DNA from: a plasmid
Reading direction: 5' to 3' (one strand)
DNA: 64,000 nucleotides
Sequence record: OW849071.1
The first letter of the stretch is position 1. Each line of letters starts with the position of its first letter. Positions 28,785 to 39,211 of this stretch are shown here, in pieces. A program made the position numbers and the translations under genes. The notes under the pieces are model-generated. The model did no database searches, was not told the DNA's origin, and saw nothing but the letters and a program-made list of their open reading frames with translations.

Positions 28785-31420
28785 TGTTTATCCTCCATGT
28801 CATTCACCGGTATTCGGGATTCAAGCTCTGCCATTTCGTCTTTAAAGTTGCGGCACGCCAGTCCGTATACCGCATCGTGGATATCGACCCCCTCCTGCCG
28901 GCGCGCTTGCATGTACTCAAAATCCGGGCCTTTGGAGGAGTACATCGCCCGGCTGAGCGGGTCAACGAACAGGCGGTGCCAGGAGCAGTTCGCTTCCACC
29001 TGCAGCATAAAGGAGGAGAACCACTGCTCTTTTGCCGAGCCGAAGCCGTTAATCATGTCTTTCTCCAGCTTGCTGAACTGATCCGGGTACAGCTGGTTAT
29101 ACTTGGCAAATTCCTTCGCTGACTGTTTCAGAATGGCCTTGTACGATGAGTTCCCCCACGCTGCACGTGCGGCGCTGGAGGCGGTCGGGGAGTCGAAGTC
29201 GACGATATTTTGCGTGATGGTGATGTATGCGCCGGTATGTCGACGCGCGGTACGGTAGCCTTTCTCGATAAACTGCCCCACTTTTCCATTCTTGAAATCA
29301 AGGAGCTTCCAGCCCTCATCGATGACGTTCAGTTTTTTCAGGCCACGCGGTGACTGATACATCCTGTTCTCGATGTAAATAATCAATGAGAACATCACCG
29401 CGATAAGCAGAGAGGGCCTCGACTCCAGACCACCGAGCTCCAGTACCACCATCCGGGCGTCATCGTGAAGTGTTGGTTTATCTGAGTTGAAATAGTCCCC
29501 GTAGATCCCATTCACCGTGTACTGATCGAGCAGGATTATCATCTCGTCCAGACGGCCCCGGATTGTCGGGGAATCAGCATATTCATCGCTGTCCTTCGCG
29601 TCCTGTAAAAACTGCACTACGTCATCAACGCGTGCATGATTACGCTTGCTTAACCAGGCCGCCTGAACTGCCTGCAGAAGCAGACCTTCATGGACTTCAT
29701 CGAGGTTGCCGTTCGGACTGGCCATCACCGACATCTGATCGCGTATACGTTCTGCTGACATGTCAAAGTGAGCATCATCCAGCACGTTGGCGAACGGGTT
29801 AAACTTGAGGGTATCGCCATTGAGGTATACGCCCCCCATGTTTTCACACAGGGACTTATAGCCATCGCCCATGTCGAACACCCAGGCAAACCCGCCGGAG
29901 TCGAGCACACTGCGAATGAGGGGCTGAATCAGACCGGTTTTACCCGCCCCGGACGTCCCGCAGACTGCCATGTTGAAATTGGTATTGTTCATTCCCTCGT
30001 AGAACAGGTCGATGAACGCCAGCTGATTTCGGTAGGTGGGGGCCAGGAGTCCCGCCGGCGCCAGCGGGCTGTCAGCGACGATCGGCAGGAGGTTGGCCAC
30101 CTGGAACGTCTCAGCCCGCTTCACCACGCCTGCCGCCTGCAGCTCTTTGAACAGGCCTTCGCCGCATTTGAACGGCATCATGGCCAGAAAATTACGCAGG
30201 TGATGGTAGCGGGCCGGGATAAGCTGGAAGCCACCCTTACGGTAACTGTTGAGCACCTGCTGCTCGGTAGCGAGAGAGGCCTCTGCGTTATCGGCGGTAT
30301 ACGTGGTGATATTAAAGAAGTAGGACACCAGGGAGGTCTGGTTGGTCGCCAGTCGCTGGCGGATATCGCCCCACTCCTGCATTTCCTTTATCACGTTCGG
30401 AAAGTACTTCGCGTAGGAGGTTTTGCTTTTCTTCTCCACGTCCATGAATTTCAGGTTGGCTTCGTTCTGGGTCTTCACCTGGTCCTCCACCATCAGCGTC
30501 AGCGTGATGACAAAGGGGCAGGAGATGGAGAGCTCCGGGTTCAGCAGGTTGGCGTAGTTGTCCGCATTGGACCAGAGGAAGGCCATTTCCGGATCTTTCT
30601 CCAGATGGTAGCTCGTCACCCGGGTCACGCACTCTTTCCCGTCGCGCCCCAGGCGGCCAATTTTCAGATGACCGGCCGTGACCTTCATATCAAAGCTGTC
30701 ATCGACACACTGATAGTTCAGATCCTGATAGGGGTCCAGCTTATACGGTACGCGGTACATCTCGTGCGGGTCCGGGTTAATCAGCTCACGCATCAGTTCG
30801 ACCAGCCCGGCCGCATCAAGGATACGCGTCGGAATGTAAGCCCCGCCCAGTGACGCCCGCAGGATTTTTATCTGGTTCTCCATCTCCACAATTTGCGTGG
30901 CGGAGTTCTTCTTCCGGGGCACGCAGCAGGAGATGTACACGCGGTAGTTACGCAGCGTCAGGGGCAAATCCAGATTGTCCGGCAGGGGAAATTGTGTTTC
31001 CGCCGCCCGGAGATAGTAGGCGCGGGTAATGGCGTTAAACTTTTTAGCCTGTTTACCACTCCAGCGGAATTCACGCAGACCGTAGTCGATATCATTGCCG
31101 ACCAGTTTGCTGGAGACCAGATGAAAACTGACCGGGACGCCCCGGGGAAGTTTGCTGCGCAGTAAATGCTCCAGTGTGGCGACGATACTTTTATCCGCAC
31201 CGGGTAAAGGACGCGCCTCAAACATAAAACCGACGGTTTTGTTATTAATAAACAGACCGGTCGCGGAATCATAATCCTTATAGGGCAGAATACGGCTGAA
31301 CTGGGGGAAATTCATGCTGCCCAGCGTGTCATTGGCTTTTGCAGATTCGTCGGGCAGCTTCAGTGCTGATACCAGTGAATTCACAGTCTGGGTGACGGCA
31401 TCGATGATGTTATTACTCAT
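28781..31420 (-). CDS. traC: VirB4-like ATPase TraC
   Basis: 879 aa, Walker A (GTSGAGKT), collinear with F TraC. Confidence 0.96.
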   Translation of the reverse strand: MSNNIIDAVTQTVNSLVSALKLPDESAKANDTLGSMNFPQFSRILPYKDYDSATGLFINNKTVGFMFEARPLPGADKSIVATLEHLLRSKLPRGVPVSFHLVSSKLVGNDIDYGLREFRWSGKQAKKFNAITRAYYLRAAETQFPLPDNLDLPLTLRNYRVYISCCVPRKKNSATQIVEMENQIKILRASLGGAYIPTRILDAAGLVELMRELINPDPHEMYRVPYKLDPYQDLNYQCVDDSFDMKVTAGHLKIGRLGRDGKECVTRVTSYHLEKDPEMAFLWSNADNYANLLNPELSISCPFVITLTLMVEDQVKTQNEANLKFMDVEKKSKTSYAKYFPNVIKEMQEWGDIRQRLATNQTSLVSYFFNITTYTADNAEASLATEQQVLNSYRKGGFQLIPARYHHLRNFLAMMPFKCGEGLFKELQAAGVVKRAETFQVANLLPIVADSPLAPAGLLAPTYRNQLAFIDLFYEGMNNTNFNMAVCGTSGAGKTGLIQPLIRSVLDSGGFAWVFDMGDGYKSLCENMGGVYLNGDTLKFNPFANVLDDAHFDMSAERIRDQMSVMASPNGNLDEVHEGLLLQAVQAAWLSKRNHARVDDVVQFLQDAKDSDEYADSPTIRGRLDEMIILLDQYTVNGIYGDYFNSDKPTLHDDARMVVLELGGLESRPSLLIAVMFSLIIYIENRMYQSPRGLKKLNVIDEGWKLLDFKNGKVGQFIEKGYRTARRHTGAYITITQNIVDFDSPTASSAARAAWGNSSYKAILKQSAKEFAKYNQLYPDQFSKLEKDMINGFGSAKEQWFSSFMLQVEANCSWHRLFVDPLSRAMYSSKGPDFEYMQARRQEGVDIHDAVYGLACRNFKDEMAELESRIPVNDMEDKQ

Positions 31421-31491
31421 GCAGGCGTTCCTTTAAGAGCATTTCAAAATAACAAGGGTAATAAATGGCAAGAAGAATATTCACAGCCGCA

Positions 31492-31890
31492 CTAGAAACT
31501 CCTCCTTATAATGGAAAGCACAGGAATGAAAAACAATAAACACATGGAGGCGATAATCTGACCCATAAAGATCGAATCCAACAACACCTCCCCTTGCCAC
31601 AAACAAATAAGCAGAGTGATAAATAATAAAACCACATGAAAGAAAACAATCAGGAACAGAATGTTCGCTGAGAATTCGCCATCACCAACTTCCACCTCTA
31701 AGCAGAAAAAATAAAATACACACAAACTACAGATAATATAGACGCCTTCATGTCGAATACCCTGAAGGAAATCAGCAGAAAAGTCTCCTGCCAGTCCATT
31801 GTAAGTCAGTCTGGCTCCCAGATAGATGAGCCAGTAGACTGGAGGGGTAAACAAAAATCCATACTTTCGAAGAAACAGCATCATATCCAT
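31492..31890 (-). CDS. hypothetical polytopic membrane protein (low-GC island)
   Basis: 132 aa, ~4 TM helices, ~38% GC. Confidence 0.4.
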   Translation of the reverse strand: MDMMLFLRKYGFLFTPPVYWLIYLGARLTYNGLAGDFSADFLQGIRHEGVYIICSLCVFYFFCLEVEVGDGEFSANILFLIVFFHVVLLFITLLICLWQGEVLLDSIFMGQIIASMCLLFFIPVLSIIRRSF

Positions 31891-31897
31891 CCCCTGA

Positions 31898-32308
31898 TTA
31901 TTTGCTCATATCGTTCAGTGCGTTAAGTTGTTTTTCACGTACTGCTTTAATCTCTTTTTTATCCTTGCATTCTGATGCCATCTTTTTTGCGTCACCAAAA
32001 GTTAATGTCGCTGACGAAGTCACATTATTAGTTTGAAGAGCCATCCGAAAAGCCTCACCCGCACAAGGCGCATCATGAATAATACTTTGCAGTTGTTCTG
32101 GAGTGGCGGGCTGCATATCGCGAAAATCTTCATACTGAACAAAAAAACATCCAGCTGAAGCAAAAAAAAGAAGAACCCAAAAAATACCATATAGCAGATC
32201 AAAACGTTTCAATTCTTGCCTTTCTTTTTCATCGGCCTTTCTTATTAAATCCCGAGAGCGCTCTTCAATTTCTTGTTGTCTTTCCATTGTTCCATCCCTA
32301 CCGGTCAA
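31898..32308 (-). CDS. hypothetical bitopic protein (low-GC island)
   Basis: 136 aa, charged N-terminus, one TM helix, periplasmic C-terminus. Confidence 0.4.
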   Translation of the reverse strand: MTGRDGTMERQQEIEERSRDLIRKADEKERQELKRFDLLYGIFWVLLFFASAGCFFVQYEDFRDMQPATPEQLQSIIHDAPCAGEAFRMALQTNNVTSSATLTFGDAKKMASECKDKKEIKAVREKQLNALNDMSK

Positions 32309-32329
32309 TCCAGTTTATTAATCAGCATT

Positions 32330-32785
32330 TCATTTTGAGTTAGCTTTATATAATTCCCACTGATGGATATAGGAATAATACTGCCCACCAGGCACATTAA
32401 TGATGATGCCATCACAGTCCAGTTTATTAACAGGGCTGGTAAAAGCGCCTGTCGGCATGTTTACCTCAAGTGTCCGGCAGTCATCTTTCCAGTGTCTACC
32501 TGCTTCAAGTTCATCCATCGAAAATGAGTGAATGGAGATAACGAACATCCCGGAAAACCCAACCACCGCTATAAGCGCACAGTATATGAATGTATCGCCT
32601 CTGTTAACTCGAAGATTGAATTTTTCAGGGATGGCAACCATTGCCAGCGCACCGACCAAACCAATAACAAAAAGAATCAGGCATATACCGTTAAGCCATG
32701 CAACGTTATGTCCAAGTATATAGTACGCTTTCACTTTCTTATTCCTTATGCTGCATACTTTCAAATAACGTGAGATTGTTAACAC
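32330..32785 (-). CDS. hypothetical membrane protein with C-terminal HWKDDCRTLE motif (low-GC island)
   Basis: 151 aa; shares a HWK.DCR.LE motif with ORF 33411..33644. Confidence 0.4.
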   Translation of the reverse strand: MLTISRYLKVCSIRNKKVKAYYILGHNVAWLNGICLILFVIGLVGALAMVAIPEKFNLRVNRGDTFIYCALIAVVGFSGMFVISIHSFSMDELEAGRHWKDDCRTLEVNMPTGAFTSPVNKLDCDGIIINVPGGQYYSYIHQWELYKANSK

Positions 32786-32800
32786 TGACCACCGGTCTTA

Positions 32801-33112
32801 CTATTCACCCGCCCCCATCCGATCAAAGTAATAAATCAAGACATAAAACATATAAAAGATCACTGTGGCTGAAAAAAATCCCGTTATTACTGATAGCGTC
32901 AAATCAGGAGAACCGGCCCACATATTTTTATCCATGAATACCATTAAAGAAAATAAAGCACTGAGACCTGTAAGCCCAAACAACATTAAAATATAGGCAA
33001 GCGCATCTCTTATAAAAACACCAATAATTACATAGCCGTAACCGCAGATAATGATTGCCATTGCAAAAAAAAGTCGAACAAAACCATCAAAACTTAACTG
33101 GTATTCAGCCAT
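32801..33112 (-). CDS. hypothetical membrane protein (low-GC island)
   Basis: 103 aa, 3 TM helices. Confidence 0.35.
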   Translation of the reverse strand: MAEYQLSFDGFVRLFFAMAIIICGYGYVIIGVFIRDALAYILMLFGLTGLSALFSLMVFMDKNMWAGSPDLTLSVITGFFSATVIFYMFYVLIYYFDRMGAGE

Positions 33113-33331
33113 TTACCCACCCTCACTCAATGTTTCTATCACGCTGCTCAAAGGCTCGCGGGTTTTAATTTCAATGCACTCTCCTGTATTACTTCCGTAA
33201 CCTCTGCCACCACGTGCTTCGAGTACCCGTAGCATTTTTATGCAGACATCTGTATTAGGCATGGGAGTAATATCCCAAATTCCACCACCACTACTCGGCG
33301 TCATCAGCACCAGAAAAATAAAGGCATGCAT
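33113..33331 (-). CDS. hypothetical small secreted protein (low-GC island)
   Basis: 72 aa with a signal-like N-terminus; abuts the next ORF. Confidence 0.3.
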   Translation of the reverse strand: MHAFIFLVLMTPSSGGGIWDITPMPNTDVCIKMLRVLEARGGRGYGSNTGECIEIKTREPLSSVIETLSEGG

Positions 33332-33410
33332 ACTTTATTGCCTCTGTTTATATATTAACGAATGAATATTTCTTTCATTGCCTCTGCGATAGTTGTTTGC
33401 TTATCGCCCC

Positions 33411-33644
33411 TTATCGCTCTGTCATAATCAGCCTTGCTGACATTTTCAATAACATCACCACACTGAAGTCTATTTTGCGCTGGAGAGAAAACCCTTTATC
33501 AATATTAGTCTCAAGCAACCGGCAGTCATTTTTCCAGTGATGAGAAAGAACTTCGGGCACTGTATTACTGTCACTAGAAAAAAGCAGGCGATAACCTGTC
33601 AATAAAAACACCAGCGCCATCGTCCATTTGAATAATTCATCCAT
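33411..33644 (-). CDS. hypothetical small protein, paralogous fragment of 32330..32785
   Basis: 77 aa containing HHWKNDCRLLETN, matching the C-terminal motif of the 151-aa ORF. Confidence 0.3.
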   Translation of the reverse strand: MDELFKWTMALVFLLTGYRLLFSSDSNTVPEVLSHHWKNDCRLLETNIDKGFSLQRKIDFSVVMLLKMSARLIMTER

Positions 33645-33648
33645 AACG

Positions 33649-34059
33649 TTACTTACCTTCCGTACTAAGTTTATTAATCTCTGCCTTATCTCTGTATCTC
33701 ACATCCATATACCGTGTTACGCCATCCGGGCAAGACCAGGCATCTTTTGCTTTAGCCAGAAACCCTGCCTGCTGCGCTTCAAATGCGGAGACTCTGCAAT
33801 TTCTAAGCGTATAAATGATATTTTCTTTCCTGTTTATAATTTGTTTATATGTTGACTCAGGATCAAGAACTCCTGTTGCTGTAGTAATCATACTCACCAT
33901 ACACAGTATCACACTGAGGGTTTTACCCCACCAGGATGTGATTACTCTCTGAAAAAAGGAAGACACGATTACGGCAGAACCAACAATAAGAATCAACATA
34001 AAAATATATGACGAATCTTCGCGCAAAAGCAGCCATAGATATTTCATTGAGTCAGTCAT
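33649..34059 (-). CDS. hypothetical membrane protein (low-GC island)
   Basis: 136 aa, two N-terminal TM helices, soluble C-terminus. Confidence 0.4.
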   Translation of the reverse strand: MTDSMKYLWLLLREDSSYIFMLILIVGSAVIVSSFFQRVITSWWGKTLSVILCMVSMITTATGVLDPESTYKQIINRKENIIYTLRNCRVSAFEAQQAGFLAKAKDAWSCPDGVTRYMDVRYRDKAEINKLSTEGK

Positions 34060-34190
34060 TTTTCAAATTCTTTCATTTTTCGTTATCGACGTTCATTTCA
34101 CACGCTACCGCCCATCCCTTTCAACGCAGAGGGCACTCGTTATAATTCAGAAATGGAACACTACTGCAGCGCCAGCAATGGCGCTGTGAA

Positions 34191-34775
34191 TCAATTAAGG
34201 CGAGGCTGTCCCCACGCCGATGGTTTTACGACAAAAAGAACCGTTGCCGGCTGGTGATATACATCATCTGAATCCACATACGGCGCTATCCACAATGACG
34301 TTGTCTCCTCCCCTTTTCTTAATGGCCGGGGATAATTACCTGGCGGTGTTGACGGTGACGTAAACGTTGACGCCACTACTGGTAAAGACATTTTCACTAC
34401 CGGCAAAGACTGGAGCCTTTTCTCGGTTTCGAAATATATTGCCTCATTCTTTGCCGTTGGATTATTTAGGTACACTGCACGTGCTCGTTCTCTCTCCGCT
34501 GCCACTCTGGCCCGGTTCAGGTTGGGTTGAGGCGGCAACGGGAACGAATTAACTGACGTGGTTCTGAAATTACCCTCAGCCAGTTGTGGCAACCCGGCCG
34601 CAGCCGGCTTTGCATCACTGCGTACCTCCTTCAGCTTCGCTTTTTCATTTGCCTGCTCCATCGTCATACAGGTATCCGACGTCGTGGCATTACATTGAAA
34701 TTCGGTCTCTGTGCCCGCACACCCGGTTAAGAGCAAAGCGCTGCCCAGAGGAATTAACAGCATTAATTCCTTCAT
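34191..34775 (-). CDS. traV: Outer-membrane lipoprotein TraV
   Basis: Lipobox LLTGCAG followed by TEF.CNATTSDTCMTMEQANEKAK, as in F TraV. Confidence 0.9.
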   Translation of the reverse strand: MKELMLLIPLGSALLLTGCAGTETEFQCNATTSDTCMTMEQANEKAKLKEVRSDAKPAAAGLPQLAEGNFRTTSVNSFPLPPQPNLNRARVAAERERARAVYLNNPTAKNEAIYFETEKRLQSLPVVKMSLPVVASTFTSPSTPPGNYPRPLRKGEETTSLWIAPYVDSDDVYHQPATVLFVVKPSAWGQPRLN

Positions 34776-34797
34776 GATATTTCTCGCTATTTATCGG

Positions 34798-35163
34798 TTA
34801 TTTCTTCAGGTTCATCCTGATTTGGGTATTTTCCTTAATCGCCCGAACAAATTTATCCCCTTCATCCGGACTCATTTCATAGTAAACACGCTTAATCTGG
34901 CTGACATCAGATCGGGCTAGAATCAGCCCTGAAGAACCCGAACCAGCCTCTCCGACGACAACACCGTTTTTCCGTATGATCACCCTGCGGACAGGAGTCC
35001 GACGGAAAACCACAGCGATCCCGGTAAACACCACCGCCATCAGCAGCCAGAGCCAGAGAATATTATGCGTATAGCTCTGGTCGATATATGCTGCATACCC
35101 TGCCGCATCCGTACTGACGGTGGTGCAGTCTTCCTGTAAAACCGGAGGCAGTGGAGCGTTCAC
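34798..35163 (-). CDS. TrbG-position hypothetical protein
   Basis: 121 aa with one TM helix between traV and traB; assignment by position. Confidence 0.4.
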   Translation of the reverse strand: MNAPLPPVLQEDCTTVSTDAAGYAAYIDQSYTHNILWLWLLMAVVFTGIAVVFRRTPVRRVIIRKNGVVVGEAGSGSSGLILARSDVSQIKRVYYEMSPDEGDKFVRAIKENTQIRMNLKK

Positions 35164-35214
35164 CGCATCACCATTAAGTTCTTTCGGCCCCGTGCAGTCC
35201 TGAATGACATATCC

Positions 35215-35394
35215 CTACTGCTGCACAGACTCTACGGTTTTCACCAGCGTCTGGCCGAACGTGTACGGTCCCGTCAGGAACACCAGAACAACCAGTAACA
35301 TCATCATGGCCAGCGGATACACCACCGCACACTTAACCAGCCAGTGAGCCCAGCGCAGTGCTGACAGAACAGCAGTAATGAGAGACTTAGCCAT
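35215..35394 (-). CDS. TraP/TrbD-position small inner-membrane protein
   Basis: ~60 aa (MAKSLITAVLSALRWAHWLV...) immediately after traB; TraP-like N-terminus. Confidence 0.4.
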   Translation of the reverse strand: MAKSLITAVLSALRWAHWLVKCAVVYPLAMMMLLVVLVFLTGPYTFGQTLVKTVESVQQ

Positions 35395-36811
35395 TATTTT
35401 CCCCCTGCGGCGCTGCGCCCGGAGAGAACTCACGCGGATCAAGTTTGCCCAGCTTCTTCAGCATCTCGTCAGTATTGAATCCGTTCATACCGCCGCCTGA
35501 CTGATGATGTGCATCAGCCTGCGGTGCCGGCTCCGCCTCCTGATTCTGAGCCTGCTGTTGCCCGTTCTTTTCCGCTTCCAGTTCTTCAATCGTTTTCAGC
35601 TGGAATCCATCCTGGAACACGACGGTCACTTCGTTGCCGGCACCAATCGGAATGATCGGGTGATACTGCTCGGCCCTTTTGATGTAGTACTCGCTCAGCG
35701 TCTGCGCAGCTTTAGATGCACCACCGCCGACCCCCATTTTCAGAACGTCACCGGCGCCAACAGTTGCGGTTGCCCCCAGGCCAACAGCCGGCTGTGAAGC
35801 CCGTTCCATGCCCTGACCAATCCCGTCAACAAAACCGGCCCCCCATGCCCAGCCGAGGATTTTTCCGTTACGCATCACCACCTCTCCCTTAACCCCGTTT
35901 TTCCCCATAAAGGAAACGTGGCCGTTAATGGGCTGATCGATGGTTTTATCACCTTTGATACAGCTGATATTGCGGGTACGGACAATGGCGCGTTCGCTGG
36001 AGACATCTCCCCAGGCCTCAAGGCCCACAAAACACCCTGTCAGGTCGTAGGTTTTGCTGTTTGGCATTTCCACGCGACCGGTGATACGCAACTGCATCGG
36101 TACAGTTGATTCATTCCCGGTAACAGACGCGTTGGCATCTGCCCCCTCGATAAGCATACTTTTTGCAAAGCTCCCCGACGGAATGTACGGCAATGACTTC
36201 GTTTTTTTTCCTTTGTCGTAACTGAACGTTTTACGCTGTATCTGGTTTGGTACCGGTACAGACTGGTAGCTGACCTGCGGCGGCGGTGTCATACCATTCC
36301 CCGGATAGAATGCCGTCGGAGGCGGTACCGCGGCGCCGGTTTGCGGCGGATAACTGGCTGGCTGCGGCTCCCCTTCCGGACCGGGTGGCGGTGACGGAGG
36401 AGTCGGCGCGGGCTCGCCACCAGAGACAGCCGGTTTCACGCCCAGCGCCTTCAGCTGATTCTGCATGGCTTCATTGTCACTGCTGAGCTTGTCGATACGT
36501 ATCTGGTCAGCGGTTCGCGCCTTACTCAGTAGGTCCACTTCCCCCTGCAGGGAGTCAAAACGCTTGTTGAGATCAGCGGCAGTCGCCTGCATTTCTGTTG
36601 TCGCGTGCTGCTCCACCTTACTGTTGAAGCTGCTGTCGACCACCCCGGTCATATCCGGTGCGGGTTCGCCCTGAGCCGGGGCTTCCTCATCAGAGCTCAT
36701 GTTCAGATCTGACAGATACAGCCCGCCTCCGACGGCTGCCGCGCCGCCCGCCAGAATGAGTCCCAGCCAGATATATTGCTTACGTTTGATCAGCGTGTTG
36801 AAGTTGGCCAT
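35387..36811 (-). CDS. traB: VirB10-like TraB
   Basis: 474 aa, Pro-rich linker, TraB-like C-domain. Confidence 0.95.
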   Translation of the reverse strand: MANFNTLIKRKQYIWLGLILAGGAAAVGGGLYLSDLNMSSDEEAPAQGEPAPDMTGVVDSSFNSKVEQHATTEMQATAADLNKRFDSLQGEVDLLSKARTADQIRIDKLSSDNEAMQNQLKALGVKPAVSGGEPAPTPPSPPPGPEGEPQPASYPPQTGAAVPPPTAFYPGNGMTPPPQVSYQSVPVPNQIQRKTFSYDKGKKTKSLPYIPSGSFAKSMLIEGADANASVTGNESTVPMQLRITGRVEMPNSKTYDLTGCFVGLEAWGDVSSERAIVRTRNISCIKGDKTIDQPINGHVSFMGKNGVKGEVVMRNGKILGWAWGAGFVDGIGQGMERASQPAVGLGATATVGAGDVLKMGVGGGASKAAQTLSEYYIKRAEQYHPIIPIGAGNEVTVVFQDGFQLKTIEELEAEKNGQQQAQNQEAEPAPQADAHHQSGGGMNGFNTDEMLKKLGKLDPREFSPGAAPQGENNG

Positions 36812-37551
36812 CAGCGCTTCACTCCTTCATCTGACGTCGTGACCCAGATCTGCATGCGACCACCGGCAGTCAGCAGGCCCGCCGGGGTACTGAACATGAC
36901 GGCACGTGTTCCGGGCTGCCAGAAATCGCTTTCACGCACCATACGGGCCGACAGGGAGACATTGTCCAGACTGTAACGGACAACTTTCAGGTGATGACCG
37001 ACCCAGACCCGATCGGCAGTGGCGCGCAGACCAGCCGGCACCTGCAGTACTTCAGAAGTGACGGGGACAGACTGATACTCACCGGGTACGCTGCCCTGAC
37101 GCACGGCGCGATTCAGCGAAACCAGTAACGATTCATAGGGGTTCGACTCTTCCCAGGCTTTTGCCGGACCGGGGGTACCCGCCAGCTCGCTGACCAGCTG
37201 AATTGTCCGGCCTGAGCCCGCACGGGGCACGGCACGAATGGAGAAGTTCAGCCCGCGTTCGGTTTCCACAATGAAGGTGAATGGTTTTTTACTGACGGTC
37301 GCCAGAATGGCGCCGCCGCTGTCGGTCTGCTCCTGATTTGTCAGGCCGCCGTCCAGGCTGTTTATCGCCGTGATGCGATCGCCAGGTACTGTGAACAGAT
37401 TCGGATCGGTGTTACTCACGGCAATATTTGCCTGACCGCCATTGGTCAGGGGAACCACTGTCGGCTCCAGCGTACCGCTGAGGGTCGCGGACATCGCAGG
37501 GGCGACCAACAGCAGACAGCCTGAAATAAATAACGGGTTAATTTTTTTCAT
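36811..37551 (-). CDS. traK: VirB9-like TraK
   Basis: 246 aa with signal peptide, TraK-like. Confidence 0.93.
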   Translation of the reverse strand: MKKINPLFISGCLLLVAPAMSATLSGTLEPTVVPLTNGGQANIAVSNTDPNLFTVPGDRITAINSLDGGLTNQEQTDSGGAILATVSKKPFTFIVETERGLNFSIRAVPRAGSGRTIQLVSELAGTPGPAKAWEESNPYESLLVSLNRAVRQGSVPGEYQSVPVTSEVLQVPAGLRATADRVWVGHHLKVVRYSLDNVSLSARMVRESDFWQPGTRAVMFSTPAGLLTAGGRMQIWVTTSDEGVKR

Positions 37552-38104
37552 TATTTATTTCTCCAAAACGCGCCAGCCAGCTGACACCATCGACACGACT
37601 GAACTGAATGACATAACTTTTAATTTCACTGTAGGGTTTGGAATCCCCAATCCACGTTTTCAGCTCACCCCGGATATCCACGCGGTTCTCTGCCGGCCAG
37701 GCACGCATCGACGTCATATAAAAGGTGGAATTAACGTTATTGTCTTTAATGCGTTTCGCATCTTCAGCCAGATGGACCTTGAGGCTGTTCTGCGAGGCAG
37801 GTAATACATACCGGAGTAGCTGCTGATGCTGGGCATCAACCGTTTCCGGCGTGACATTCAGACGCAGGGCAACAAAGGACAGGCCCAGCTGCTCAATATA
37901 AGAGGCGTCAGCCTGGTTCTGAGACACCGCAAAGGGTGCACGGAATAACATCGGTGTCACCGCCACTTTCTGTTCCGTCTGCAGACGGTAATTATTTATG
38001 CCTTGGATAATATTGGTTGCAAGACTGAGGGTCAGGAGTGTCCCCAGACTGATAAATCCCACAGCGATAACGCGGGTGGTATTTTGTCTGGCACCATGTT
38101 CCAT
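37538..38104 (-). CDS. traE: VirB8-like TraE
   Basis: 188 aa, bitopic, TraE-like. Confidence 0.93.
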   Translation of the reverse strand: MEHGARQNTTRVIAVGFISLGTLLTLSLATNIIQGINNYRLQTEQKVAVTPMLFRAPFAVSQNQADASYIEQLGLSFVALRLNVTPETVDAQHQQLLRYVLPASQNSLKVHLAEDAKRIKDNNVNSTFYMTSMRAWPAENRVDIRGELKTWIGDSKPYSEIKSYVIQFSRVDGVSWLARFGEINNEKN

Positions 38105-38123
38105 ATGTTATTTCCCCGTTGAT

Positions 38124-38432
38124 TTATTTAATCCACTGCCGGAAACAGGAGTCCGGAACATCATGAAAGAAACCTTTAAGAAGGGAGGTTGGCAGATACC
38201 AGTAAATCAGGTCGCGTAGCCAGGAACTGCCCCGCCCTTTTTTCAGTTTCTTGATACCCCAGAAAACCAGTACCGCTGAAGCTATGCCAAAAATGAACTT
38301 GCTGGTCCAGAAACCCCAGCCGAGACAAATCACGGCCGGGATAAGTTCATCGAGATATAAGCCAAACCAGCGGGACTGGTTAGTCAGTGTTTCCGGGAAA
38401 CGGTATCGCTTTAATTCGTCTCCCGTCATCAC
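38124..38432 (-). CDS. traL: VirB3-like TraL
   Basis: ~100 aa membrane protein at the traL position after traA. Confidence 0.88.
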   Translation of the reverse strand: MMTGDELKRYRFPETLTNQSRWFGLYLDELIPAVICLGWGFWTSKFIFGIASAVLVFWGIKKLKKGRGSSWLRDLIYWYLPTSLLKGFFHDVPDSCFRQWIK

Positions 38433-38442
38433 GTGCTTCCTG

Positions 38443-38811
38443 TCAGTAACCGGCGACCGACATACCGATGGTTATAAAGGTGGAAATAATCGCGAAGCCA
38501 AACAGGAACTTCACGTTTTTGGTCATCATGTACATGATGCCACCGGCGACGACTTCTGCCAGAACAACCCATTTGACTACGCTGGATTGCTTACCAAACG
38601 TGCCTTTAACGGTCGCATCCCCGGACTTCATCAGGTCGGTTGCCGTGGTGGTGGCCATCGCAGCATCCGGGAAGAACGCCGCCACAGCAGCAACCGGCAG
38701 CGCAACTTTAGCGACTTTCAGGGCTTTCTTTTTATTGAAAACGCGGGACATAAAAGACGGTTTGGTTTTTTCAGAGACAGCAGAGCCCTGAACACTTAAT
38801 ACAGCATTCAT
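38443..38811 (-). CDS. traA: F-type propilin TraA
   Basis: MNAVLSVQG... leader and mature region ..[35 protein letters not shown] match F pilin. Confidence 0.95.
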   Translation of the reverse strand: MNAVLSVQGSAVSEKTKPSFMSRVFNKKKALKVAKVALPVAAVAAFFPDAAMATTTATDLMKSGDATVKGTFGKQSSVVKWVVLAEVVAGGIMYMMTKNVKFLFGFAIISTFITIGMSVAGY

Positions 38812-38872
38812 ATTTATTTCCTTTAAAAAGAATGGTTGATATATAAAACAGATTTTTGACTATGATGTTAAA

Positions 38873-39091
38873 TCACTCTTCCTTTTCACCTCCTGGTACG
38901 GCTAGTTCCGAGTTATAAAAGTCCGGAAAACGTTCTAGATGATCTTTCAGTCTCAAATAAGCTTCAGCTGTTTTACTTCTTCTGCTTCTGTCTTTTGCTT
39001 TGATGAGTCGACGATTAGTTTCTTCATCTAATTTTAAAAGCACATTTTTTCCAGGCGCAGGTCGTGCGTTGCTCCTAATCGCTCTTTCCAA
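38873..39091 (-). CDS. traY: Ribbon-helix-helix relaxosome accessory protein TraY
   Basis: 72 aa, basic RHH-like (..KNVLLKLDEETNRRL..), first gene of the tra operon after traJ. Confidence 0.75.
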   Translation of the reverse strand: MERAIRSNARPAPGKNVLLKLDEETNRRLIKAKDRSRRSKTAEAYLRLKDHLERFPDFYNSELAVPGGEKEE

Positions 39092-39211
39092 TCGACCTCC
39101 AAAGTAAGATTACCAACCTTTAATAAATCTTACATTGGAGGATTTAAAAGTAAACAAACTAAGGAGAAATCTTGAGTAAATTATTTTCACAAATCAAAAG
39201 TACCGACGGTA

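Noticed and set aside
29768-30853. 361-aa + strand ORF inside traC
   Set aside because: Antisense to TraC with no recognisable domain; the same artefact class applies to 19674..20237 in traH and 21597..22550 in traF.
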